Notes: a model not told the origin generated them from the sequence alone. DNA of 64,000 nucleotides from an uncultured Oscillospiraceae bacterium (GCA_964370565.1 CAYJJR010000001.1:982-64981), one strand, 5' to 3'; numbered from the stretch's first letter, positions 33,686 through 43,879 are shown. Program-made: numbers and translations.

Positions 33686-34375
33686 ATGCCTAAAACAGCA
33701 GTCATAACCGGAGCTTCCGACGGGCTTGGAAAACAACTCGCGATAATGCTTTATGAAAAGGGCTATAACCTTGCCTTGTGTGGTCGAAACAAAGACAAGA
33801 TGCTAGACGTTGTACAAGGATTTGACAAACAAAGGGTGTACACCGAGTGTTTTGATATGTTGTCCGAAAGCGATATTAAAAAGTTTTGTAACAATGTCAA
33901 ACAACGTGGGGATATCGATATATTGATAAACAACGCCGGATTTAATCCGAAAAAATCCTCCGTTTTGGACATCGACATACAAGATGTCAGAAACATGTTA
34001 GAGGTTAACTGTATAAGCCATGTTTTGATGATAAAAGAATTGTTGCCTGTTTTTCTTGCAAAAAAAAGCGGACAGATTATAAATGTGCTTTCAAGTTGTT
34101 GCCTTTTCAACAACCCGACAATGTCGGGCTACACCGCAAGCAAAAACGCCATGAAAAGCTTTAACGATATACTGTCAAAAGAGGTTAAAGACCAAGGAAT
34201 AAAGGTTCTTGGGGTATACCCCGGAGGAATAGACACCGCTTTTCGCGAGGTATCAAGGCCCGATTACATGAGCGCAAAAACCGTTGCAAAAGCTATTATC
34301 AACGCTATTGAACTGCCGGACGACGGATATATGCAAGAGTTGGTGCTGCGCCCGCCTTGCGAAAACAACTATTAA
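33686..34375 (+). CDS. SDR family oxidoreductase
   Basis: 229 aa with the TGASDGLG cofactor motif, NNAG, and the catalytic YTASKNAMKS (YxxxK). Confidence 0.82.
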   Translation: MPKTAVITGASDGLGKQLAIMLYEKGYNLALCGRNKDKMLDVVQGFDKQRVYTECFDMLSESDIKKFCNNVKQRGDIDILINNAGFNPKKSSVLDIDIQDVRNMLEVNCISHVLMIKELLPVFLAKKSGQIINVLSSCCLFNNPTMSGYTASKNAMKSFNDILSKEVKDQGIKVLGVYPGGIDTAFREVSRPDYMSAKTVAKAIINAIELPDDGYMQELVLRPPCENNY

Positions 34376-34407
34376 GTAAATTGTAAAAAAATAAAAGGAA
34401 ATGTATT

Positions 34408-35409
34408 TTGTTAATACTTGGAATTGAAAGTTCTTGTGACGAAACGGCTGTCGCCGTGGTCGAGGACGGACTTATAGTCAAATCAAATATAATTGCCTCA
34501 CAGATACAACGCCACAGGATTTTTGGCGGCGTAGTTCCCGAAGTTGCAAGCAGGCTTCACATCGAGGCGATCTCCCACGTTTGCGACGAAGCGTTAAAGA
34601 CGGCGGGCGTAACGCTCGACGAGATCGACGCAATAGCGGTTACCTTTGCGCCGGGGCTAATTGGCGCGTTGCTTGCAGGGGTTAGTTTTGCGAAAGGCTT
34701 AAGTTTTGCTACGGGCAAACCGCTTATCCCTGTCCATCACCTTCGCGGACACATAGCGTCACTGTATCTTACACATCATGAACTCAAACCGCCGTTTGTC
34801 GCAATGGTGGCGTCGGGTGGACACAGCCATTTAATCTTGGCGAAAGACTACACCGAGTTTGAGATACTCGGAAAAGCGGTGGATGATGCCGCCGGCGAGG
34901 CGTTTGACAAAGTTGCAAGGACGCTAGGGCTTCCGTACCCGGGTGGCGCAGAGATAGCAAGGCTTGCAAAAAACGGAGACAAAGAAAAATTTAAACTTCC
35001 GACACCAACCGTTGGAAACAACCAACTGGACGTTAGCTTTTCGGGACTCAAAACTGCCGTGTTAAACATAGTTAATTCCGCAAACATGAAGGGTGAAACA
35101 CTTGACATCGAGTCGCTTTCCGCCTCGTTCCAACACAAAGTCGTGACGATGCTTGCAACAAGGCTTGTAACAGCGGCGAAAGAGAGAAATGTTTCTGCCG
35201 CCATTTGCGGTGGTGTTTCGGTTAATGACGAGTTCCAAGCTATCGCACAAAGTCTTTGTGACAGCGAGGGTATAAAGCTTTTTATTCCACACAAAAGTTT
35301 TTGCGGAGACAACGCCGCGATGATAGCCGCACAAGGATATTTTGAATATCAAAATAAAAACATAGCGAAAAGCAACCAAAATGCATTTGCGAGGTTGGAG
35401 ATATCCTAA
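34408..35409 (+). CDS. tsaD: tRNA N6-adenosine threonylcarbamoyltransferase
   Basis: 333 aa with LILGIESSCDETAVAVV, HH.RGH and the GGVSVN motifs. TTG start, 7 nt after AAAGGAA. Confidence 0.93.
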   Translation: MLILGIESSCDETAVAVVEDGLIVKSNIIASQIQRHRIFGGVVPEVASRLHIEAISHVCDEALKTAGVTLDEIDAIAVTFAPGLIGALLAGVSFAKGLSFATGKPLIPVHHLRGHIASLYLTHHELKPPFVAMVASGGHSHLILAKDYTEFEILGKAVDDAAGEAFDKVARTLGLPYPGGAEIARLAKNGDKEKFKLPTPTVGNNQLDVSFSGLKTAVLNIVNSANMKGETLDIESLSASFQHKVVTMLATRLVTAAKERNVSAAICGGVSVNDEFQAIAQSLCDSEGIKLFIPHKSFCGDNAAMIAAQGYFEYQNKNIAKSNQNAFARLEIS

Positions 35410-35456
35410 CCAATCGCTAAAAAATCTGTTATAAATAATAGAATTAAAATTATCTC

Positions 35457-35503
35457 AAGAGAACAAACAAAATTTTACATTTTAAGTTTTGTTCTCTTTT
35501 TTT
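35457..35503 (+). terminator. Rho-independent terminator of tsaD
   Basis: aagagaacaaa...tttgttctctt forms an 11-bp stem followed by a T-run to 35503. Confidence 0.7.
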
Positions 35504-35588
35504 CGTGGTTTCATGCCAAGATTAGATAGTTTTCAACAGGTTTTGAACAGGCTTTTCAACAATTTTTTATTAAATATTGAATAAAATC

Positions 35589-35617
35589 TTGAAATTTCAA
35601 AAAAGATTAGCTATAAT
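35589..35617 (+). promoter_or_regulatory. Candidate sigma-A promoter of the giant protein gene
   Basis: TTGAAA (35589-35594), a 17-nt spacer, then TATAAT (35612-35617). Confidence 0.55.
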
Positions 35618-35708
35618 GTAATGTATATCAATATATAAATTTATGTCTTTTTCTAAAGAATACATGCTGAATAATGCTATTTCGAGTAGAGCAAAGGAGA
35701 AAAGAAGA

Positions 35709-38700
35709 ATGAACAAAAGGCTGAACAAGATAGGTGTTATGTTTATAATGCTGGCGGTTGTCGTGATGATTTTTGCGACAACGGCTTTGGCGAACACGGT
35801 GACGGAAGAAATAATAATAAACAAAACATACCCGGGATCTAACGATGTTATTTTAAATTCCCATACGTATGTTAGCTTTTCTGCAACTGTTTTGCCGGCG
35901 ACCGCGACAGACAAAACAGTCAACTGGATTTCAACCGACCCTAATGTTCTTCAACTTCGTGCCGGTTCGGCAAACCCTAGCACTGCTGCGGTTTTTGATG
36001 TTAAAGGACCTGGGGCAACTACGATAATTGCTATGTCTAAAGCCGGAGCTGATACCGTTATTGAAACATATCAAGTTAACGTGGTTGACACAACGATAAC
36101 GGCGGGAAGATATGTTGCTTCTGTTGAACTATTTACCGATTCCACGCTTTCAAATCCAATAACGAACAAAGAGATTTTGGATGATTATTACAGAAAAAGT
36201 TCTGGTGATGATAGCTTTTCTATAGTTTTGAGAGCAAAGTATTCAGATGGAACATCGCTTACATATAACGAAATTGCTCAACTTTTCACTTTTTACTCTA
36301 CCAATTCTTCTAAAATCTATTTCGAGGGATTTACACCGGATTCTAATCCGCTTAATGTAGGGCGTGCAATAGCTCACTTTAGCGTAGAAGATGTTAATGT
36401 CCAGTCAGCATCTTCTTTGTTGTACACATATATATATGATGGATATAATCGTGTTGGACTACAGTTTACTCGCAACGTGGTTGCTCCGTTGACACTAGCT
36501 AAACAAGCAACCGTATCAGGCGACGGACTTTCCGCGACCTATCAGTTTACCCAGGTTCCTTCGCTTATTAATAGCAGTTCCCAATTAGTAAAATCGGCTT
36601 CTAATTTTGCTGCTTCAGATTTTAAAGTTCAATATGAAAGCGCACCAAATGTTTTTGAAGATGATACACATAAAACGGTAACCAACGTTGAGTGGAATTC
36701 TTCTTCAAAAAGCCTTGTATTTACTTTCAATGAAAAGCTTGATGCTGGATTTGACTACCAAGTTGTACCAAAAGCCGGAACCAATGGAATAAACTATGGT
36801 TTTCTTGCCGGCGCATCGTATGTTTATATTGATCATTCTGCCGAACCGAGTTGGTTATCTTTTTCGGCTCCGGGAAATGTAACAGCTTCCAATATAGAGA
36901 TAATTCCTTCAGCCCAATCTGTATATTCTTCAACAGATAACAACAGAATAATGTATGCAACCACAGGAATATCCGGAATATTTACAATTACTGCTAAATC
37001 AGACCTTGCGCCTTCGGCACAGTTTAATATTACAAATTTAGGAACACTTCCAAGTGGAATTTTGTTTTATAGTACCGGCGACGGAAAAACAGCGACTCTT
37101 TACACTTCCAAAAATCTCGCCGCCGGAACATATTATATAGATGTACGTGCACAATATATAGGTGACATGTCGGTCTATGTCGACAAGCGCTTGGAGCTTC
37201 GCGTCGGAGCGCAAGGCACGTTTAGCGTTTCAACCATCACGCTTACAAAATCGACAAGCACAATCCCGGTTATTCAAACAAGTTCACCCGTTCCGGCGGT
37301 TAACGCCGACACTCTCGCGGCAACATATAAATTCTATGGCGGCGCAAGCGTGGACAAGATTGTTCAATCCGTCATAAGCTTAGACGGAACAAAAACGCCG
37401 TATACAGAGACTTTTGAAAATGCGACCCTCACCGAAACAATGAAAAATCAGCTCGCGTCGTCCGCTGGGCTTGTTTTGCCGTACAAAATCGGAACACAAA
37501 CAGGTGGAACACTTGGCAAACTCGACCTTGGCACATATATAATGCGCGTCGAACTGTTCGCCGGCGAAACATCGATTGGCATAACCGAGGTTAGGTTCTC
37601 GGTTGACACGTCGTTTGAGATGTTCGACATAAAATATTCGTCAGGTGCGGGGATAAGGGTTGAAAAACCAAATGCCACTGCCACAGACCTGCCCTTGCAA
37701 ACTTTAACCTACAACGCAACGACCGGCAAATATCAAACTTCCGGAGGTGACGGCGTTGACCGTCGCTCCGCCAACCAATATCAAGAAACCGTTAAAACAG
37801 CCCCCGGTGACACGCTCTTTTTCCAAGTTGCGGTCGACGGATTTAACGTGGGCGACAGAATTAAATTCTATATCGACGACTTTGTTTTCGGTGCAAACAA
37901 AGGCGGTGGATTAACCGCGCAAACAGTCGAGGTTCAAGAAACCGGTTCAGGGTATGCTTTTGTCAAAATCCCGTTCACGATTAGCGACACGACCTATCTT
38001 GGAACGCATGTTGTTCAAATTAAGATGGCGAAAACCCTCGACGGAACAGATACATACGACCATGCAATTAACCTTAAATACGACCTTGAAAGCGAATATC
38101 TAACGACCGAGGTCGAGATATATGACGAGCTTAAAAATGCCACAGGAAAACGTGAGATAAAAATTGACAGCGACTTGCACATTACAAGGACGCTCTTTAT
38201 TCCCGAGGATAGAATTTTGACGCTTGTGACGGGCAACACGCTCACAATAGACCCGTTGCGCCACGTAACGGTTTATGGCGAAATCCGCATGGCGGACAAT
38301 GCGCTCAATGCCGGAGGAAACCTTGTCGTTACCGGCAAAGTTGCGCTCGAAGACACAAGTTTAGACCCTGCAGTAGAAGCAAGATACTATTACTATGCAT
38401 CTACCGATGCCTCTGACAACCCGCATCTTTTGATAACCGACGGCTCTAACGTAACAATGAATGGCACACTTGTGGATGGTTACACAAACATGTTGACCGG
38501 CAGCGCGACGATGAAAACGGCAACAATTACAAGATATAATTTTGTAACAGGTGCAGTTTCAGTTCCTGATGCATTGATAGATTTGGTTACAATCGACGCT
38601 AACGACAGCTTTATCCTTGCGCAAGACGGCTCGCAAGTAACGTTGGATTCCGGAAACAGCTTAACCCTTGTTGAGGGCGCAAAACTGACAGTTGGTAAAG

Positions 38701-41700
38701 ATAGCCAATTCATCAACGAAGGCGTTTTAACCACAAACCGCGCAAGCGTCACCAGTAACGGCGATTTGATAACGAGGTTTAATACAGGAACTGCTCAATT
38801 AATATTTAGCGATGTTTCAGCTGAACCGTATATCTCAAGCGATACAGACGATAGGAATAACGAAACAACTCAATTTTTCCTTGGTGGAGCGACTCCGGCT
38901 GACACTGCAGTATATGACAGTGGAGCCAGAACTTTGCCCTATTCGATATCTAATGGTGCGGTTGCTATCTCGGGAACAGACTACAGCAACTTTGACTACA
39001 AAATTTTCGGAAATGTACATATGTATAAAGACCTAAATATAAGGGTTGGTCAAGAACTTTTAATCGAACAAGATTCGTTGCTTTGGATACGTAGCGACGG
39101 CGTAGCAAGTTCAACCGGCTACACCCTTAAACTAGACGGCGAGCTCCACAACAAGGGCGCTTTGTGGGTGGACGGACGTGCATATGGCGACGGAAAATAT
39201 ATCGAATATCTAGACAGCGTCTTAGCCGGAGATGGTTCTATCGAGCTTAACGGAGCGGAAAATGTCCTTGGTGTTATCACGGGCGACGTTAAACTGCAAA
39301 AGAACTCAAGTGGCGGATATATAATAACTATTCCCGAAAACGGAACCGCAAACATAGTTGCCAACTTCAAGATGAACTCGAACGACGACCTGATTGTTGC
39401 CGCCGGAGCAACGCTCACCGTCAACAGCGGAGTGACGTTCGAGGTGGACGGACGTGTGGCTATCGAGCCTTCTAAGATAGATGGAGGATTTAGCTATTCT
39501 TCCGGAACGTTCACCAACAACGGAACGACAACATTTGGGTTTGAGAACACAGGAAATGCAAGTGCTACACTAATGTTTTTCTCTAACCTTGGAACGATGA
39601 ACGGAACGTTTGGGGTAAAATCATCGAATGCACTTAATGCACTAACTATACCAAATGCAGCAGTTAGCTGGCATCCGACAAACGTCGGAAACGACGGAAT
39701 ATCCCCCAACTGCGCAATTGTTCTTACGGGCTCTAACAACACTTTCAGCACCGCAGGAAACTGGGATCTTTCCTATCGCGTTTCAGAGGGTGTCTACGCA
39801 AGCAAAAATATTACCTTTACGGGCACGGGCGACACAACAATTATTTTGACAGGAGCTGTAGGAACTTCACTTGTTTCAACGATGGATAGCCCAACAACAT
39901 CAGCTGATATTAGCAAGCAAACTGCAAAAATCTCTAACATAAGTTTTAGTGGAATTAAATTCTACGGAGGTAGTGCAAGCTATTTATTTGATGTTAGAAA
40001 TGGTGCTTCCTCTTCAGACCTTAGCTTTAAGAATTGTGAATTCTCAACTTTCGGTAGTACAATATTGAGTTTTGGTAAAACTGCTTTGGGAACCGATAAT
40101 GTAACAGGTTTTGAAGTTGCGAATTGTGTATTTAGCGGAACAGGTATTTGGACGAATAAGCTTACAAATTCAAGCATTACAGGAAATACATTTAATAACA
40201 TTCCAAACAACGGATTTGGAATTAACCTTAGTTTCCAAGGCTTGAAAAATTCAAGCGGCACAGACCTCTATATCTCGGGAATTGAACTGAAAGACAATGA
40301 TTTCACAGGTGTTACAGGAGGAACCAACACTACAGGCATATACCTTGGCGGAGAGGCGGGCACTTACATCGGCGAAGTCGAGATAAGCGGAAGTACGTTC
40401 ACAGAGCTTACAACAGGTGTTAACGTCGTAACCCCGATTGTTACAACAAAAACCAACGACCAAATAACGCTTAAAGATCTATTGATAACAACAAGCACGT
40501 TCACAGATTGCGATACAGCAATTTTTGCAGTGAATGCCGATGAAAAGGTTTCAACCGGTGCAAATGCACCAAATGCCTTAACCCCCAACAACCTGCTTGG
40601 AACTATAACTTATGTAAAATGCACGACAAAAGTCAGAGACGACAACAACGTATTCACGTTCCTAGTTACAAGCGAACAAACGCTTAACGATGCGCTTTCG
40701 ATGTCGATAAGCAACATCTCGATGGCGAATAGCTTCGCTATTTCGGGGTCGGTTAATATAGCCAACAAAAACCTAACCGTTCCGTCCGGAATGACGTTGA
40801 CCGTCAACTCAAGCGCGACGCTTCGAACTTCGGGCACGGCACAAGTTAACGTTATAGGAACGATTGCAAACAACGGTGTTCTAAACGTCGGAGGAACTTC
40901 GTTTGGAGGAACCGGACGCGTTAACACCCTTACAACCGGAAGGGTAGACGGAACAAAACCGATTACCATGACGACCGAAACGGTGGGCGGAACTTCGGTT
41001 CGCGGAACTATCGACGGCATATTCTTCGGTGATGTTACGGTGCAAAAGAACACCTCGACCGGAACGTTCGCAATTGGTGTTAAGGAGGACGGCTACGCAA
41101 CGGCAAACGCAAACTACACCTTGCCGGTCGGAAGCAAACTTGTCGGCGGTACTACAACCGGTGGAGATAGCGAATTCTATATAAGCGGAAGCTCTACCAT
41201 AACGGTGTTGGGCGAGGTTGTGGAACAATATAACCACAATTCGCTCCACGGCAACGGAACACTTTCGTTCGCCCCGGGGTCGAAATTGACGAGGACTATC
41301 CCAGCGGGATCGCCTGCACCTCCAGCAAATACTATACAAGCTTCAATAGTCATAGGCGACGGCGGATATCTCGAATTCGACCGTGACATAACTTCAACAA
41401 GGCTTAACAGAAAAGGCGACAACGACGCGGGCTACAGCTATATTTTGGCAAGCGGAAAGATGACGGTCAATGCAGACTCGACATCTACGTCTATTCCATA
41501 CCTTGTCGATGAAAACAATTCGCTTCAAGTTTCCACCGGTGCAAACATAACCGTACCAAGTGATAACACGTTTATCGCAAGCACCAATGGACTTGTTTTC
41601 GCAAACCAAACCGGTTACGGAACACTTATCGGTGTCGACAGGAACTCGAATGCTAATCTATATCTAAATTCAAGCTTTGGCTCGATTACAGGTCCGGATG

Positions 41701-43829
41701 CTTCTGTTACTCCACCAACAACATACGTCTGGGCGGTAGACAAATGGGCGTCAATAGCAACGGTGGCAGGACAAGATGCAACTCCAGCCGGCATCGGAGC
41801 AGCGTTCGCAGGCGGCGCCGAAACGGTCTACTTTGAGCCGACAACTTCAACCACCACAGGCGACCTCTCTGTTCCGGCAGGTAGAAACCTTGTCATTGCA
41901 GAAGGTGAAAAGCTTGTTGTCAGTGCAGGACACACGTTGTATATCAACGGCGATGTCAAGCTTGAAACAAACGCCAATATTACCGGTGCTGCAGGCTCCA
42001 AAATGGAGATTGCGACAGGAAAATCCGTTGTACTTAACGGAGTTACCTACGGCGCTGGAGACTATGTTTGGGATACAACAGATAGTGTTTGGGTAAACAA
42101 TGTCTACGACCAACAATCTTTGACCGCCGCCCTTAAAAACACAACGGTTAAAGTTTCAAGAGCGACTCAATCGTTTGACGTGACAGTTGCGACAACTGTG
42201 CCCAACGGATATGAAATAAGGGTAGACAATACTTTTTCACTTAGAGTAAAAGAAAACATTACATTTACCGTTGCAACTGGTGGAAAGGTTACAGATACGG
42301 ATGGTGTTAATGCCCTAACTGGAGCAACGCATACCTCGCGATTAGTCGTTCAAACCGGCGCGGAAATGGTGCTTAATAATTCGGCAACTGGAACACTAAC
42401 CCCGGGCGTAAACTACGCTTGGAACACTGTACAATCGGCAGACAAATGGACAGCATCTGCTTCGACGGCAGCTGAACTCAAGAAATATCTTGACGCCGCC
42501 GAAGAGGTCATAGCGGTTGCAAACTTTAGCATAACCAACGGAACAACGGTTGGAACAAACCTCTATATCCCGGATGGAATAACGCTTTCCGTGCCTAGCG
42601 GAGGAACGTTGTATGTAGACTCGAAAGATGGTTCAACCAATGATTTGGTTAAAATTAACACAGGTCTAAACGCCGGCAAGATAATTGGCGTTAACACAAG
42701 TTCCAAACTTACAGTTACGGGAACGACTGCAACTCATATCGGCTACGGCGAGGAAGTCGGAAGCTACGCGTGGGTCGGCTCGGGCGCGACTGCAAAATGG
42801 ATGAAGGTGGTCTCGACGTGGAAAGAGGTGGACGATGCACCGGCAACAGATGACATCTACTTCAATCCGTCATTAGCAAATACACCGGTAACCTCTGCAG
42901 CTACTCCAATTGAAGCAAATGTTACGATAGCAACAGGCAAGACTATCACAATATCTTCAGGCGTAAAGCTAACAATAACAGGCGATATAACCCTTGAGGG
43001 TAGCGCAAGAATTATCGGAAGCGATTCAAGTTCTGAGTTGTCATTAACAACAGGAACATATCCGAACTTAACTTCCGGAAGAAACTACGCTTGGTATTCC
43101 AATGCATGGTACAGGCTTTATAATGTAAACGGACTTGGAACGTCTGTTCCATATGGCAGCATTGCTATTGTGGATGGCGGAGATTTAGCGGCTGACACAT
43201 CAGTTGCCGGAACACTTGTTATCCAAAAAGGAGACACCTTGACTATTCCGGCAACAACAACCCTTGAAGTTACGGGATATTTGGTAGATGGTCAAGTAAT
43301 GAGCGCTAATATAACCTCGAGACTACGGCTTTCAAGAACCTATACTCCACAAACAGGAACAGCCTTGGGTGCCGGATGGTATATAGGTGGAACAGCTACC
43401 GGTAGTTGGGCAAAAACCCAGGCAGTGGCAGTTCATGTAGGAGCAAATACTAATTCATATTTTGAGAGTTCAACCGCAACTATCGTGGGAAGTTTTGATA
43501 TTTATAGTGATACTAACGCAGGCGGTTATTATACTGGAGCAAATGTCGGCACGCTTCACATAGCTCCAAGCCCCGGAACAGAGATGGTTTTGAATGGAAC
43601 AATTTCAATATTTGATTCAACAGATGGGATTAATCAGATTAAAATTTATGATGATAATGCTACATCGGCAAATGCAAATACAGGTACTTATCTCCAAGCG
43701 GATAATCCGGATATGAAATTAAAAGGATATAATGAAAACGCACAGATAGTTATTTATGATGTTCTTCATCAAATAACGGCTACTTACAAATGGGATCCAC
43801 CTACAGCAAAATGGACAGTGAGTCCATAA
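35709..43829 (+). CDS. Giant (2,706 aa) secreted Thr/Ser/Gly/Asn-rich repeat protein with Ig-like (Big_2-like) and parallel beta-helix-like regions; putative surface protein/adhesin
   Basis: One uninterrupted ORF. The start is set at ATG 35709 after AGGAGA; the track ORF begins 22 codons earlier. Signal peptide is MNKRLNKIGVMFIMLAVVVMIFATTALA|NT. The Big_2-like segment reads SATVLPATATDKTVNWISTDPNVLQL. The gene has its own promoter and terminator. Confidence 0.85.
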   Translation: MNKRLNKIGVMFIMLAVVVMIFATTALANTVTEEIIINKTYPGSNDVILNSHTYVSFSATVLPATATDKTVNWISTDPNVLQLRAGSANPSTAAVFDVKGPGATTIIAMSKAGADTVIETYQVNVVDTTITAGRYVASVELFTDSTLSNPITNKEILDDYYRKSSGDDSFSIVLRAKYSDGTSLTYNEIAQLFTFYSTNSSKIYFEGFTPDSNPLNVGRAIAHFSVEDVNVQSASSLLYTYIYDGYNRVGLQFTRNVVAPLTLAKQATVSGDGLSATYQFTQVPSLINSSSQLVKSASNFAASDFKVQYESAPNVFEDDTHKTVTNVEWNSSSKSLVFTFNEKLDAGFDYQVVPKAGTNGINYGFLAGASYVYIDHSAEPSWLSFSAPGNVTASNIEIIPSAQSVYSSTDNNRIMYATTGISGIFTITAKSDLAPSAQFNITNLGTLPSGILFYSTGDGKTATLYTSKNLAAGTYYIDVRAQYIGDMSVYVDKRLELRVGAQGTFSVSTITLTKSTSTIPVIQTSSPVPAVNADTLAATYKFYGGASVDKIVQSVISLDGTKTPYTETFENATLTETMKNQLASSAGLVLPYKIGTQTGGTLGKLDLGTYIMRVELFAGETSIGITEVRFSVDTSFEMFDIKYSSGAGIRVEKPNATATDLPLQTLTYNATTGKYQTSGGDGVDRRSANQYQETVKTAPGDTLFFQVAVDGFNVGDRIKFYIDDFVFGANKGGGLTAQTVEVQETGSGYAFVKIPFTISDTTYLGTHVVQIKMAKTLDGTDTYDHAINLKYDLESEYLTTEVEIYDELKNATGKREIKIDSDLHITRTLFIPEDRILTLVTGNTLTIDPLRHVTVYGEIRMADNALNAGGNLVVTGKVALEDTSLDPAVEARYYYYASTDASDNPHLLITDGSNVTMNGTLVDGYTNMLTGSATMKTATITRYNFVTGAVSVPDALIDLVTIDANDSFILAQDGSQVTLDSGNSLTLVEGAKLTVGKDSQFINEGVLTTNRASVTSNGDLITRFNTGTAQLIFSDVSAEPYISSDTDDRNNETTQFFLGGATPADTAVYDSGARTLPYSISNGAVAISGTDYSNFDYKIFGNVHMYKDLNIRVGQELLIEQDSLLWIRSDGVASSTGYTLKLDGELHNKGALWVDGRAYGDGKYIEYLDSVLAGDGSIELNGAENVLGVITGDVKLQKNSSGGYIITIPENGTANIVANFKMNSNDDLIVAAGATLTVNSGVTFEVDGRVAIEPSKIDGGFSYSSGTFTNNGTTTFGFENTGNASATLMFFSNLGTMNGTFGVKSSNALNALTIPNAAVSWHPTNVGNDGISPNCAIVLTGSNNTFSTAGNWDLSYRVSEGVYASKNITFTGTGDTTIILTGAVGTSLVSTMDSPTTSADISKQTAKISNISFSGIKFYGGSASYLFDVRNGASSSDLSFKNCEFSTFGSTILSFGKTALGTDNVTGFEVANCVFSGTGIWTNKLTNSSITGNTFNNIPNNGFGINLSFQGLKNSSGTDLYISGIELKDNDFTGVTGGTNTTGIYLGGEAGTYIGEVEISGSTFTELTTGVNVVTPIVTTKTNDQITLKDLLITTSTFTDCDTAIFAVNADEKVSTGANAPNALTPNNLLGTITYVKCTTKVRDDNNVFTFLVTSEQTLNDALSMSISNISMANSFAISGSVNIANKNLTVPSGMTLTVNSSATLRTSGTAQVNVIGTIANNGVLNVGGTSFGGTGRVNTLTTGRVDGTKPITMTTETVGGTSVRGTIDGIFFGDVTVQKNTSTGTFAIGVKEDGYATANANYTLPVGSKLVGGTTTGGDSEFYISGSSTITVLGEVVEQYNHNSLHGNGTLSFAPGSKLTRTIPAGSPAPPANTIQASIVIGDGGYLEFDRDITSTRLNRKGDNDAGYSYILASGKMTVNADSTSTSIPYLVDENNSLQVSTGANITVPSDNTFIASTNGLVFANQTGYGTLIGVDRNSNANLYLNSSFGSITGPDASVTPPTTYVWAVDKWASIATVAGQDATPAGIGAAFAGGAETVYFEPTTSTTTGDLSVPAGRNLVIAEGEKLVVSAGHTLYINGDVKLETNANITGAAGSKMEIATGKSVVLNGVTYGAGDYVWDTTDSVWVNNVYDQQSLTAALKNTTVKVSRATQSFDVTVATTVPNGYEIRVDNTFSLRVKENITFTVATGGKVTDTDGVNALTGATHTSRLVVQTGAEMVLNNSATGTLTPGVNYAWNTVQSADKWTASASTAAELKKYLDAAEEVIAVANFSITNGTTVGTNLYIPDGITLSVPSGGTLYVDSKDGSTNDLVKINTGLNAGKIIGVNTSSKLTVTGTTATHIGYGEEVGSYAWVGSGATAKWMKVVSTWKEVDDAPATDDIYFNPSLANTPVTSAATPIEANVTIATGKTITISSGVKLTITGDITLEGSARIIGSDSSSELSLTTGTYPNLTSGRNYAWYSNAWYRLYNVNGLGTSVPYGSIAIVDGGDLAADTSVAGTLVIQKGDTLTIPATTTLEVTGYLVDGQVMSANITSRLRLSRTYTPQTGTALGAGWYIGGTATGSWAKTQAVAVHVGANTNSYFESSTATIVGSFDIYSDTNAGGYYTGANVGTLHIAPSPGTEMVLNGTISIFDSTDGINQIKIYDDNATSANANTGTYLQADNPDMKLKGYNENAQIVIYDVLHQITATYKWDPPTAKWTVSP

Positions 43830-43848
43830 TCCCCAAATTTTAGATTAA

Positions 43849-43879
43849 CCCCCTCGCCCTTAAAAGCGAGGGGGTTTTA
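43849..43879 (+). terminator. Rho-independent terminator of the giant gene
   Basis: ccccctcgc-ccttaaaa-gcgaggggg followed by tttta. Confidence 0.8.

Noticed and set aside
35643-35708. 22-codon N-terminal extension of the giant ORF, and the antisense ORF 35597-35923
   Set aside because: The extension overlaps the transcription start region and has no SD, whereas ATG 35709 has AGGAGA and starts a canonical signal peptide. The antisense ORF overlaps the promoter and signal-peptide region.
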